The translations under genes were made by a program, and so were the position numbers. 64,000 nt of DNA from Minisyncoccia bacterium (GTDB lineage Bacteria; Patescibacteriota; Minisyncoccia; Phycocordibacterales; Phycocordibacteraceae), in the NCBI GenBank assembly GCA_041485695.1, contig JBGPJZ010000001.1, positions 129,316 through 193,315 of the forward strand, read 5' to 3'. The notes beneath the pieces were generated by a model. It saw only the letters and a list, made by a program, of their open reading frames with translations. It ran no database searches and was not told the DNA's origin. Positions 17,976 through 27,086 of this stretch are shown here, piece after piece. Numbering within the stretch: the stretch's first letter is position 1; each line of letters starts with the position of its first letter.

Positions 17976-18353
17976 ATGATTGAACACATCTCTGTGCCGG
18001 TGAAGAATGCGAAGAAGGCGAAGAAGTTCTACGCCGCGGCCCTGAAGCCGCTTGGCTACAAGCTCAAGTATGAGTGGGGTCCCTCCGCCGCGGGCTTCAT
18101 GGAGGGCGGGCATACGAGCTTCATCATCATGGGCAGGAAGCGCCCGCAAAAGACGCACGTCGCTTTCCACGCGAAAAGCAAGAAGGCCGTGCAGGGTTTT
18201 TACAAAGCGGCGATGAAGGCCGGTGCGAAGGACAACGGCGCGCCCGGTTTCCGCACGGACTACGGGCCGACCTACTACGCGGCCTTCGTCTATGACCCCG
18301 ACGGCCACAACGTCGAGGCGTGTTATTTCGGCGCTCGCGCTCCAGGGATGTAG
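17976..18353 (+). CDS. glyoxalase/bleomycin-resistance/VOC-family protein
   Basis: 125 aa; VOC fold motifs (HISVPVKN..., FVYDPDGHNVE). Confidence 0.7.
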   Translation: MIEHISVPVKNAKKAKKFYAAALKPLGYKLKYEWGPSAAGFMEGGHTSFIIMGRKRPQKTHVAFHAKSKKAVQGFYKAAMKAGAKDNGAPGFRTDYGPTYYAAFVYDPDGHNVEACYFGARAPGM

Positions 18354-19171
18354 TCAGTCTCGCTCTTGCCTTCAGGCACGACGCGTTCGATGACGAACAC
18401 GCCGTGCTCGTATCGCGCTTTCGTCACTTTGATGCGTCCGCCAGCTGGCGGAGCCGTAAAAAAATAGACACCAGGCCACTCGGCATACGCTCGATATTTA
18501 TTCCAATTCTCTCGCGCCGGGGCGCCAAGCTCGAGGAGGCCGTCTTCTTTTTTGATTTTGCCTGCTCGCGTGGCGGCCGTATGGTCTTGAGGTATTGGGG
18601 TAATTTCGCCTTGCTCAAAAGAATGGAGGAGATTCACGAGGAGAGACGCCCCAGTCGCGATAAGTCTGGGCTTTAACTCTTTAGAGGTTTCGTTACTGCC
18701 TATCGGTACCTCTTCTTGCGCAAGGATATCGCCGGCATCCATCTCAAATGCCATCTGCTGGATAGTGACACCGGTAACCTTCTCGCCCTTTAAGAGCGCG
18801 GTCTCGACAGGGGAGGCACCGCGATACTTCGGGAGGAGGGAATAGTGCACGTTCACCGCGCCCAGGGGGAAGGCGTCAATTAAGGCTTGGGGGAAGATTT
18901 TGCCGTAAGCGACCACGATTGCGTACGCGCATCCGTATTGTTGGATGCTCGCGATAGCGGCCGCATCGAGCTTCTCCGGCGTCAGCACCGGGATGCCTTT
19001 TTCAAGCGCGAGCGCCTTTGTCTCTGATGACGTCATGACGTGGCCGCGCCCGCGAGGTGCATCTGGGTTCGTGATGACAAGCGAGGGCACGAAGCCGTGC
19101 TCGATCAATTTCGCGAGCGTGTCGCGCGCGACGTACGGCGTGCCGAAAAAAGCGAACTTACGCGGGTTCAT
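18323..19171 (-). CDS. fmt: methionyl-tRNA formyltransferase
   Basis: 282 aa; formyltransferase N-domain (FFGTP...LVITNPDAPRGRG); downstream of def. Confidence 0.9.
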   Translation of the reverse strand: MNPRKFAFFGTPYVARDTLAKLIEHGFVPSLVITNPDAPRGRGHVMTSSETKALALEKGIPVLTPEKLDAAAIASIQQYGCAYAIVVAYGKIFPQALIDAFPLGAVNVHYSLLPKYRGASPVETALLKGEKVTGVTIQQMAFEMDAGDILAQEEVPIGSNETSKELKPRLIATGASLLVNLLHSFEQGEITPIPQDHTAATRAGKIKKEDGLLELGAPARENWNKYRAYAEWPGVYFFTAPPAGGRIKVTKARYEHGVFVIERVVPEGKSETDYIPGARAPK

Positions 19172-19694
19172 TTTTGTGCGAAAGTTCTAACAGGTTCGTC
19201 GCGTGGTCGGTAAACAAAATGCCGTTTAAGTGGTCGACTTCATGCTGGAAGATTTGCGCCAAGAGGCCGCTCGCGCCGCGCTCGAACTTTGAGCCGTCGG
19301 GGCGCCGAGCGCGCACGGTCGCGCGTTCTGCCCGCTTCGTAGTGCCGTACATCCCGCGCACCGAAAGGCACCCCTCATCTGATTCTTGCTTCTTGCGGGA
19401 GCGGCGGATGATTTCGGGATTAATATACACGTCAACCTGAGCCGGCCGCTCGGGCGGCTTCTCACCCTCTTTCACGTGCGGCGGCGGGAGGGTGCGGTCG
19501 ATACGCACGATGAAGAGGCGCCACGAGACGTCGACTTGGGGCGCAGCGAGCGCAACCCCGTCTGGCTCTGCATCCAGGGCTTCGGCCATATCGGCGACCA
19601 AACGAAAAAGCTCGGCAGAGCCGAAGAGCTTTTCAGGGACGGCCTTCGCCTCCTTGCGGAGTACGGGGTCGCCATCTTGGACGATTGTTTTCAT
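19158..19694 (-). CDS. def: peptide deformylase
   Basis: 178 aa; GCLS and QHEVDHLNG motifs. Confidence 0.9.
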   Translation of the reverse strand: MKTIVQDGDPVLRKEAKAVPEKLFGSAELFRLVADMAEALDAEPDGVALAAPQVDVSWRLFIVRIDRTLPPPHVKEGEKPPERPAQVDVYINPEIIRRSRKKQESDEGCLSVRGMYGTTKRAERATVRARRPDGSKFERGASGLLAQIFQHEVDHLNGILFTDHATNLLELSHKNEPA

Positions 19695-19713
19695 GCGAAT
19701 GTAGGAAGACTAT

Positions 19714-19745
19714 AACAAAAAAACGCCCCATCAGAGATGGAGCGC
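19714..19745 (-). terminator. strong rho-independent terminator
   Basis: Minus strand: cgctccatc-tct-gatggggcg (9-bp stem) followed by ttttttt. Confidence 0.7.
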
Positions 19746-19878
19746 GCTTACTGGAAAAACCAATGAAAGAGCGGGGAGCGAGCCGCATTGAACCGACCGT
19801 CACGAGGGGGGCCGAAAGTTGGTCAGAACCGCGGCTCGCTCATACCCATAGCAACAGTAAGCCAAGCCGGCTTTTTTG

Positions 19879-20154
19879 TCAAGACCTGTCTAGGTGCTTC
19901 TTCGGGTCGACCTCCCACCAGAATTTCTTGCTGAAGTTCTTCGCCCTGCTGCAGATGCTCTGGAGATAGTAGAGGTCAGCGGTCGGTACACCCTCTAAGA
20001 TACGCCCCATGCGGCCCATGGTGACGGGCACGAGGCCGTCACGCTTTCGGGAGTAATTCAGATGCCGTACGAAAAAGCGCATCAGCTCGCCCCGCTCGGT
20101 CTTGCGGGTCTTGACTCGCTTGATTTCTGGGAGGATCTCACCGATGCGCTTCAT
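19879..20154 (-). CDS. hypothetical small basic protein (91 aa), co-transcribed downstream of murA
   Basis: Its start codon overlaps the murA stop (ATGA). Confidence 0.4.
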   Translation of the reverse strand: MKRIGEILPEIKRVKTRKTERGELMRFFVRHLNYSRKRDGLVPVTMGRMGRILEGVPTADLYYLQSICSRAKNFSKKFWWEVDPKKHLDRS

Positions 20155-21467
20155 GAAGCTCCTGTTTCTCGTATCGAGGCGCCGAGCGCGGTCAAGCGTT
20201 CAGTCAACCCTTCGTAGCCGCGGTTGATTGTATAGACATTGTGCAAGGTCGAGGTGCCTTCGGCGGCAAGCATCGCGGCGACCAGCATCGCGCCGATGCG
20301 CAACACTGGCGGGCAGGTCACTTCAGCCGCTTTGAAACGCGTGGGGCCCGTAATCGAGATGCGGTGCGGGTCATGGAGGAGCACTGTGGCGCCGAGGCGC
20401 TCAAGTTCAGTGTAGTAAATCACGCGTTTGTCGTAGACCCAGTCGTGGAGCATGGTCGTCCCAGCGGCCTGCGTTGCAATGACCGCGAAAAAGGGGATGT
20501 TATCCATATTAAGGCCAGGATAGGGGCGCGGATGTATGCTCTCGGGGAAGGCAACGAGTTTCGAGGCGTGTATGACAAGGTCGGCAAGCCGGGTTATGCC
20601 ATTTTCAGAAAACCCGATATCGGTGCGCTCAAACACTAAACCCATCTTTTCGAGAATCGTGAGTTCGATCTCGAGAAAGGCGATAGGTACTCGACGTATC
20701 GTTATCGCCGACTGCGTCGTAATGGCGCTTGCGATGAAAAACATGCTGTCAATCGGATCTTCAGCAACACTGTAGGAGACATCGGTATTGATAGCAGTAT
20801 TGCCCGTCACCGTGAGTGTCGTAGAGCCAATGCCTTCAATCGACACTCCGAGTTTTTGTAAAAAGCCGCAGAGCTCTTGCACCTGATAATTTGCAGAGGC
20901 GTATTTAATAACACTGGTGCCCGCTATGCCTGCAGCAGCTAAGAGCGCGTTTTCAGTCCCGGTATCGCTTGATTCAAAAAGTATGACTTCGGCAGGTTTG
21001 AGCGTCTCGTGCGTCACGTGGTAGTGGTCGGTTAACGCCTCGATAGAAACACCAAAACGCTCGAGTGCGAAAAGATGCGGGCGCACCGTGCGTGTGCCCA
21101 AACTACAACCGCCTGACTGCGGGATATCAAACGTGCGTGCATGATGGAGCAAGGGACCAATGAAAAGGAGGATGCTGCGAGTTTTTTCAGCCGCGGCGCG
21201 GTCAATTGCGTCGAGCTTTAATTCTTTTGGTGGCGTGATTACGACCCTGTGATCTTCGCGCTCTACCGTTACGCCCATTGAGCGCAGTACTTCTATCAGC
21301 CGGTTCACCTCCTCGATCTTTGGCACATGCTCGAGGGTGGTCGTACCTCGGTTGACGAGGGCGGCCGCAAGGAGGGCGACCGCGCCGTTTTTAGAGCGGG
21401 AGGTCGTAACCGTGCCCGAGAGAGGCTTCCCCCCTTCGACCACGAAGCTCAAGCCTTCTTGCTTCAT
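20151..21467 (-). CDS. murA: UDP-N-acetylglucosamine 1-carboxyvinyltransferase
   Basis: MurA homology starts at MKQEGLSFVVEGGKPLSGTVTTSRSKNGAVALLAAAL (ATG 21467). The ORF extends to 21707 but that 80-aa extension overlaps the mreB start and is not MurA-like. Confidence 0.85.
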   Translation of the reverse strand: MKQEGLSFVVEGGKPLSGTVTTSRSKNGAVALLAAALVNRGTTTLEHVPKIEEVNRLIEVLRSMGVTVEREDHRVVITPPKELKLDAIDRAAAEKTRSILLFIGPLLHHARTFDIPQSGGCSLGTRTVRPHLFALERFGVSIEALTDHYHVTHETLKPAEVILFESSDTGTENALLAAAGIAGTSVIKYASANYQVQELCGFLQKLGVSIEGIGSTTLTVTGNTAINTDVSYSVAEDPIDSMFFIASAITTQSAITIRRVPIAFLEIELTILEKMGLVFERTDIGFSENGITRLADLVIHASKLVAFPESIHPRPYPGLNMDNIPFFAVIATQAAGTTMLHDWVYDKRVIYYTELERLGATVLLHDPHRISITGPTRFKAAEVTCPPVLRIGAMLVAAMLAAEGTSTLHNVYTINRGYEGLTERLTALGASIRETGAS

Positions 21468-21492
21468 GCTCTGTAGGGTATCATGTTCGACG

Positions 21493-22503
21493 ATGGCATT
21501 CTTTTCTCCAAAACTCGGGATCGATTTAGGGACGACCAACGTGCTTGTGTTCGTACCCGGGAAGGGTGTGGTGCTGAACGAGCCTTCGGTGGTCGCCGTT
21601 TCCGCGAGCAATAATAAGGTACTCGCGATAGGAGAGGAGGCAAAGAAGATGATTGGCCGTACGCCAGACGACATCATCGCGTATCGGCCGATGAAAGACG
21701 GCGTCATCGCCGACTACCGCGTGACCGAGGCTATGCTCCGTTACTTTATGCGTAAGGCCCTCGGGTGGAGCCCCTTCAAGCCGACCGTGCTCGTCTCGGT
21801 GCCCGCAGGCGTAACTTCGACCGAGAAGCGCGCAGTGATTGAAGCAGCGATGAAAGCGGGGGCAAAAAACGCGTACGTCGTGAAGGAGCCGATCTTGGCC
21901 GCTATCGGCGCTGGCATCCCGATTCACGAGCCGATGGGGCGCATGGTCGCCGATATCGGCGGCGGCACCATCGACGTTGCGGTGATTTCCTTAGGCGGCA
22001 TCGTCGCCTCCACTTCAGTCAAGTGCGCGGGCAACCGACTTGATAGGGCGATTATCGATTATATAAAAAAACAGCATAACCTCGCGATAGGCGACAAGAC
22101 CGCTGAAGAGGTCAAAATTAAAGTGGGCGCCGCAGTACCCATTACCCAAGAGCTCACGATGCCGGTCAAAGGCCGCGACCTCCTCTCGGGCCTCCCACGC
22201 ACGGTTGACTTGGCGACCAATGAAATCGTACAGGCGATGGGGCGCGAGCTCCGCGAGATGACGCAGGCGATACGCAAAGTCCTCCAAGAAACGCCGCCGG
22301 AACTCGCAAGCGACATCATCGACAACGGCATCATCCTCACCGGCGGCTCCTCACAGCTCCGGCAGATGCCCGAGCTCGTGTTTCGCCGTACCGGCGTCGT
22401 GGCGAAGCTCGCAACCGACCCGTACTACTGCGTCGCGCGCGGCACCGGCGTCGCCCTCAAACATTTGAGCACATACCAACGAAGCATCCTCGCCAAGCGT
22501 TAA
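21493..22503 (+). CDS. mreB: rod shape-determining protein MreB (paralog 1)
   Basis: MAFFSPKLGIDLGTTN actin-fold N-terminus. Start placed at ATG 21493, not the ORF-track 21337. Confidence 0.9.
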   Translation: MAFFSPKLGIDLGTTNVLVFVPGKGVVLNEPSVVAVSASNNKVLAIGEEAKKMIGRTPDDIIAYRPMKDGVIADYRVTEAMLRYFMRKALGWSPFKPTVLVSVPAGVTSTEKRAVIEAAMKAGAKNAYVVKEPILAAIGAGIPIHEPMGRMVADIGGGTIDVAVISLGGIVASTSVKCAGNRLDRAIIDYIKKQHNLAIGDKTAEEVKIKVGAAVPITQELTMPVKGRDLLSGLPRTVDLATNEIVQAMGRELREMTQAIRKVLQETPPELASDIIDNGIILTGGSSQLRQMPELVFRRTGVVAKLATDPYYCVARGTGVALKHLSTYQRSILAKR

Positions 22504-22506
22504 TTG

Positions 22507-22544
22507 AAAAGGGCTCCGCGCGAAAGCGACGGAGCCCTTTTAAA
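22507..22544. terminator. bidirectional rho-independent terminator
   Basis: aagggctccg-cgcgaaagcgac-ggagccctt followed by ttaaat. Confidence 0.6.
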
Positions 22545-22554
22545 TGGCGGAATG

Positions 22555-22998
22555 CTAGGAACCGAACCAATTGAACAAACGAAGTACATCGAGAGGGTTG
22601 GAGGTTCGATATTCGAGCCCGAACCCGCTACGGCCATGCGGCGACGGGTCCTTCCCGAGGTAGAAGTTGAAGTTGCGGCCGAAGGGCGTACCGACGACGA
22701 TTGCGGAGTGCTCGACGCCAAGACCCATTGTGTTGGTGATACCGAGACCTCGTGCGAGCGATTGTCCGAAATTGCTTACGGATGCGGGCGGGCGACTTGC
22801 CGGCTGGTACAACTCTGTAATCCACACGTCATTCGGTCGGATGGTGAGCGACCATCCGAGCGTGAGTGGAGGCATTGGGACGTAGATGTCTTCGGCAAAT
22901 GCCTGTGCGGGAATGAGGGCAAAAAGGAACAAAAAGGGCAGCTGCGCATATTTTCCTCCCAATATGGGCAAATCATCAATTGACTGGCCTCGCGGCAT
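22555..22998 (-). CDS. hypothetical secreted protein with signal peptide
   Basis: 147 aa; LPFLFLFALIPAQAFA signal-like N-terminus. Preferred over the overlapping plus-strand ORF 22504..22983, which is Arg/Cys-rich. Confidence 0.4.
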   Translation of the reverse strand: MPRGQSIDDLPILGGKYAQLPFLFLFALIPAQAFAEDIYVPMPPLTLGWSLTIRPNDVWITELYQPASRPPASVSNFGQSLARGLGITNTMGLGVEHSAIVVGTPFGRNFNFYLGKDPSPHGRSGFGLEYRTSNPLDVLRLFNWFGS

Positions 22999-23053
22999 CT
23001 TCGCTCTTTTTGACCCGCTGTCAACCTCCTCTGGTGCGTATTACACTGTAGGC

Positions 23054-23731
23054 ATGACGCACCACGCGTATGTGATAGCGGGGGAGAGCGACGCGGGTAT
23101 CCAGACTGCGCTTAAGACTATTAAGAAAGAGCTTGGAATGACCGCGCTCGCGAACCCGGATGTCATCGTGCAGCGCTATGGACTCCTTGCGGTTGAGGAT
23201 GTACGGAGGATCATCGCGCTTGCACAACAGAGCCCGATTGGAGGTGACCATAAAGCGCTCATCATCGCTGCTTCGCGCATCTACCACGAAGCGCAGAACG
23301 CACTCCTGAAGCTTTTTGAGGAACCGCCTCAAGGGACCGTGCTTTTTTTAATAATCCCCGAGCTTGGCCAGCTGTTACCGACGCTTCGCTCCCGGGTCGC
23401 GGTACTCCAATCTAGTGAAGTTGGGGGGAGCGGACTCACGGAATCCGTCGCTGATTTTCTGCATGCGAGCCGAGAAGGGCGGAGCGCGATAATCAAGAAA
23501 CTCACGAGCGGCACTGACGAAGAAGAGCGTCGCGCGCTCCGCGAGGAGGCTCTTGCTCTCGTAAACGGCATCGAGCAAGCAGCGTACCGACAGTGGGGCA
23601 GGGAGCCATCGACTACGGCGCTCCTGGCCGACATCTCAATCCTACGAGGCTACCTCTACGACCGTTCAGCACCGGTGAAGATGATTCTTGAACACCTCGC
23701 TTTGACAATCTCGAAAGGGCTTGCTAAATGA
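23054..23731 (+). CDS. holB: DNA polymerase III delta-prime-like clamp-loader subunit (short form)
   Basis: ALLKLFEEPPQGTVLFLII...LPTLRSRV motif. Start at internal ATG 23054. Confidence 0.65.
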   Translation: MTHHAYVIAGESDAGIQTALKTIKKELGMTALANPDVIVQRYGLLAVEDVRRIIALAQQSPIGGDHKALIIAASRIYHEAQNALLKLFEEPPQGTVLFLIIPELGQLLPTLRSRVAVLQSSEVGGSGLTESVADFLHASREGRSAIIKKLTSGTDEEERRALREEALALVNGIEQAAYRQWGREPSTTALLADISILRGYLYDRSAPVKMILEHLALTISKGLAK

Positions 23732-23803
23732 TTTTTACGGTAGTATAGTCGCCCCAGGTGAGGGTGCAGCCCTCTAACTTGAACATCCAACAGGGAGGGC
23801 CAC

Positions 23804-24394
23804 ATGGCCTTACGAAAGTGTTCGGTGGGGATCGCTCTCGCATTCCTCGCTACCACGCTTGCCGGGTGCGCGGCGTTTGACCCGTATGAGGGGGTGCCTT
23901 ACGGTTCCTACAAGTTTGGCAACTCTCCGTTTACGTTGGCAGACCTTAGGGCGCAAGACGCCGCCGAGAAAGGTTGCTATCGGTGGGCCGATGAAACGAA
24001 CCCATCGGATGCGAGAATGATGCGCGCCTTCTTCGCGAACGGCTTCGCAAGCGGCGGTATCGGCGGCGGAGCAGGCACGGCGGCGGCTGAAGTGATCGTC
24101 GGCGTTTCTCTTACTGCTACGAGCGTTGCTGCGGGAGCTGCTTCATACGCCCTCGCCGCAGGATTCGTCAACGCGGGAAGCGGCCACATTTACCGGACGG
24201 TTCTCGTCCATGAAGACATACGGTATTGCAAAATGGCCGCGGCGTATGGCTTTCACTTCTTTGCTCCAAGCGACGTCGAAAAGCTGCGGCGCGGCGAAAT
24301 TAAGGAGATTCCCGTCGCAGAGCTCCCCGACAGCGTCCTCAAAGAGGCGCAGGCTGTGATTGGCGCTTTAGTTCCGCATCCGCCGGCACCCTGA
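23804..24394 (+). CDS. hypothetical lipoprotein with Gly/Ala-rich region
   Basis: Lipobox LAGCAAF after a signal peptide. Confidence 0.5.
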   Translation: MALRKCSVGIALAFLATTLAGCAAFDPYEGVPYGSYKFGNSPFTLADLRAQDAAEKGCYRWADETNPSDARMMRAFFANGFASGGIGGGAGTAAAEVIVGVSLTATSVAAGAASYALAAGFVNAGSGHIYRTVLVHEDIRYCKMAAAYGFHFFAPSDVEKLRRGEIKEIPVAELPDSVLKEAQAVIGALVPHPPAP

Positions 24395-24418
24395 TCCTTC
24401 GCACATACGAAACGAAGA

Positions 24419-24458
24419 ACCGGGCGAATCGCAACTGCGATTCGCCCGGTGTTTTGTT
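24419..24458 (+). terminator. rho-independent terminator (or attenuator) immediately upstream of frr
   Basis: accgggcgaatcgc-aact-gcgattcgcccggt followed by gttttgtt. The frr ATG follows 12 nt later with no SD. Confidence 0.6.
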
Positions 24459-24469
24459 ATACTGCCCTC

Positions 24470-25021
24470 ATGTCCTACGATTTTTCAAAACTGAAGCAAA
24501 AGATTAAAGATAGCGAGGAGTGGCTTGCAAGCGAATTTACCGGAGTGCGTACCGGCCGTGCGACTCCGACCTTGCTCGATAGCGTAAAGCCCGAGGCCTA
24601 CGGTGTCCGAACCCCGCTTACCCAGCTCGCATCGGTGTCGGTTGAAGACGCCCGCACGCTCCGCGTCATCCCCTGGGACAAGTCCTTGGTAAAGGCGGTC
24701 GAGAAGGGGATCGTCGAGGCAGACCTCGGGGTCGGCACTTCGGTAGACGATATGGGGCTCCGGATAAGCTTCCCTGAACTCACCGCCGAACGGCGCACCG
24801 CACTCAAGAAAATCGCAGGCGAGAAGCTCGAACACACCAAGGTAACCCTCCGCTCGCATCGCACCGACGCCATCCATGAAATCGAAGCGGCAGAGAAAGC
24901 CGGCGGGATGGGTAAGGATGAGGTGGCACGTCTCAAAAGCGAAGTACAAAAACTCATCGACACCGGGAACGAGGCGCTCGAGAAACTCGGCGAAAAGAAA
25001 GACCTTGAAATAGCGTCATGA
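24470..25021 (+). CDS. frr: ribosome recycling factor
   Basis: RRF homology from MSYDFSKLKQKIKDSEEW...VRTGRA. Confidence 0.9.
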   Translation: MSYDFSKLKQKIKDSEEWLASEFTGVRTGRATPTLLDSVKPEAYGVRTPLTQLASVSVEDARTLRVIPWDKSLVKAVEKGIVEADLGVGTSVDDMGLRISFPELTAERRTALKKIAGEKLEHTKVTLRSHRTDAIHEIEAAEKAGGMGKDEVARLKSEVQKLIDTGNEALEKLGEKKDLEIAS

Positions 25022-25821
25022 CGATTTTGGTTTTTATACTTGTTCTCGTGGTGCTCATCATTGTGCATGAGTTCGGGCATTTTGTGGTGGCAAAGCTCTC
25101 TGGCATGCGTGTTGATGAATTTGGCCTTGGCTACCCGCCGCGTGCAGCAACGATTGCGCAGGTGGGAGAGACCCGCTACACGCTCAACTGGATACCGTTC
25201 GGCGGCTTCGTAAAGATTTTTGGCGAAAACCCGCCTCCTCACGGAATCGGGCAAGCGGCAGATCCGCGCGCATTTAGCGCCCGGCCTCGCATACTGCAAG
25301 CCCTCGTGCTTCTCGCAGGCATCGCGATGAATCTCGTTCTCGCGTGGCTTATTTTCACGAGCATCCTCATGACGCCGCACTGGATTTCTGATCACGAATT
25401 CATAGGCGCCTTGCCGCTCGGCACGGCTCTCGTGCAAGGCGTCGAAGTGACCGCTCGTGTGACTGGCGCGATAGCGCTTGGGCTTGCGCACTTTTTCGTC
25501 GGGCTTTTTACCTTTTCAGCCGATCTCTCGCAGGTGACTGGGCCAATAGGCATTGCGGGCGCGGTCGGCACGGCGTCAGCACTCGGGTGGCAATCCCTCC
25601 TGTCACTCGTGGCTCTCATTTCAATCAATCTCGCGCTCATCAACCTCATCCCCATCCCGGCTCTCGACGGCGGGCGGCTTCTCTTTGTGCTTATCGAGAC
25701 AATCATTCGCCGCCCAATCAAGCCGAGCGTCGCTCAAACCGTCAATACGGCAGGCTTCGCCTTCCTCATCCTCCTCATGCTCGTCGTGACCTTCCATGAC
25801 GTTTACCGCCTTATGGCCTAG
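25018..25821 (+). CDS. M50-family site-2 protease (RseP-like, no PDZ domain)
   Basis: HEFGHF zinc motif in the first TM helix; 267 aa. Confidence 0.8.
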   Translation: MTILVFILVLVVLIIVHEFGHFVVAKLSGMRVDEFGLGYPPRAATIAQVGETRYTLNWIPFGGFVKIFGENPPPHGIGQAADPRAFSARPRILQALVLLAGIAMNLVLAWLIFTSILMTPHWISDHEFIGALPLGTALVQGVEVTARVTGAIALGLAHFFVGLFTFSADLSQVTGPIGIAGAVGTASALGWQSLLSLVALISINLALINLIPIPALDGGRLLFVLIETIIRRPIKPSVAQTVNTAGFAFLILLMLVVTFHDVYRLMA

Positions 25822-25838
25822 AGGTATACTCTAGGCCT

Positions 25839-27083
25839 ATGCGGCAGACACAGCTCTTCACGAAAACGAGACGCGAGGCGCCTGCGGATGAAGTCGCCAC
25901 AAACGCGCGACTCCTTATCCGCGCCGGATACGTACATAAAGAGATGGCAGGCGTCTACGATTTCCTCCCGCTCGGGTTATTAGTGCTTGAAAAGATAAAA
26001 GCGATTGTTCGGGAAGAAATGAACGCGATCGGCGGGCAAGAGATGATCATGTCGACGCTTCAGCGCAAAGAGTTGTGGGAGGTGACGGATCGTTGGGATG
26101 ATGACAAGGTCGACGTGTGGTTCAAATCGAAGCTCAAAAATAGCGTTGACGTGGGTTTCGGGTGGTCGCATGAGGAGCCGATTACCGACATGATGAAGCA
26201 GTTCATCGGCAGCTATCGAGACGTGCCGGTCTACGTCTACCAGTTCCAGACCAAACTTCGGAATGAGCTCCGAGCCAAGTCCGGCATCATGCGCGGCCGC
26301 GAATTCGTGATGAAGGATATGTACTCCTACAGCAGGGACGAGGCGAGCCACAAGGCCTTTTACGACTCGGCGATATCAGCGTACTTGCGGGTTTTTGAGC
26401 GCACTGGGCTCGGCGAGCGCACCTTCTTGACCTTCGCCTCTGGCGGCGCATTCACCGAGTTCAGCCATGAATTCCAAACAGTGTCTGACGTAGGCGAGGA
26501 CGTCATCTACCTCCATCGCGAAAAGAAGATCGCGATAAACAAAGAGGTGCTCACCACAAAGGTCGTCGAGGAGCTCGGGGTGAAGCGTAGCGATTTAGAA
26601 GAGGTGAAAGCGGTCGAAGTCGGAAACATCTTTAATTTTGGCGATGTGAAATCAAAGCAGCTCGGGCTCTCCTATAAAGATGAGCATGGGGTGGAGCAGC
26701 CGGTCATTCTCGGTTCCTATGGCATTGGCATCACGCGTCTCATGGGCACCATCGTCGAGGTTATGGCCGACGAGAAGGGGATTGTCTGGCCAGAGAGCAT
26801 TGCGCCCTTTACGTACCATCTTGTTTCTCTCGGGCAAAAGGGCGACGGAGCAGGCAGGATGGCTGATGAGCTTTATGATGCAATGACGAAGGAGGGGATG
26901 AGTGTCTTGTATGACGACCGCGACCTTCGGGCCGGAGAGAAATTTGCCGATAGCGATTTGATCGGCATCCCGTGGCGAATCGTTGTAGGTAAAGAAGCTG
27001 TAGCAAGCGGGCGGTTCGAGGTCGTGAACCGGGCAACGGGCGGGGTACAGCATCTCGGCGAGCGCGAAATACTCGCGCTCTAG
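25839..27083 (+). CDS. proS: prolyl-tRNA synthetase (short form without editing insertion)
   Basis: 414 aa; class II core and C-terminal anticodon-binding domain. Confidence 0.85.
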   Translation: MRQTQLFTKTRREAPADEVATNARLLIRAGYVHKEMAGVYDFLPLGLLVLEKIKAIVREEMNAIGGQEMIMSTLQRKELWEVTDRWDDDKVDVWFKSKLKNSVDVGFGWSHEEPITDMMKQFIGSYRDVPVYVYQFQTKLRNELRAKSGIMRGREFVMKDMYSYSRDEASHKAFYDSAISAYLRVFERTGLGERTFLTFASGGAFTEFSHEFQTVSDVGEDVIYLHREKKIAINKEVLTTKVVEELGVKRSDLEEVKAVEVGNIFNFGDVKSKQLGLSYKDEHGVEQPVILGSYGIGITRLMGTIVEVMADEKGIVWPESIAPFTYHLVSLGQKGDGAGRMADELYDAMTKEGMSVLYDDRDLRAGEKFADSDLIGIPWRIVVGKEAVASGRFEVVNRATGGVQHLGEREILAL

Positions 27084-27086
27084 CCT

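Noticed and set aside
19750-19878. Considered as SRP (4.5S) RNA
   Set aside because: No GGAA/AGCAG domain IV asymmetric-loop motif on either strand. Left as an unclassified structured element.
21468-21707. 80-aa N-terminal extension of the murA ORF
   Set aside because: No similarity to the MurA N-terminus (homology begins at MKQEG...), and it overlaps the mreB start on the other strand. Treated as an open frame without coding evidence.
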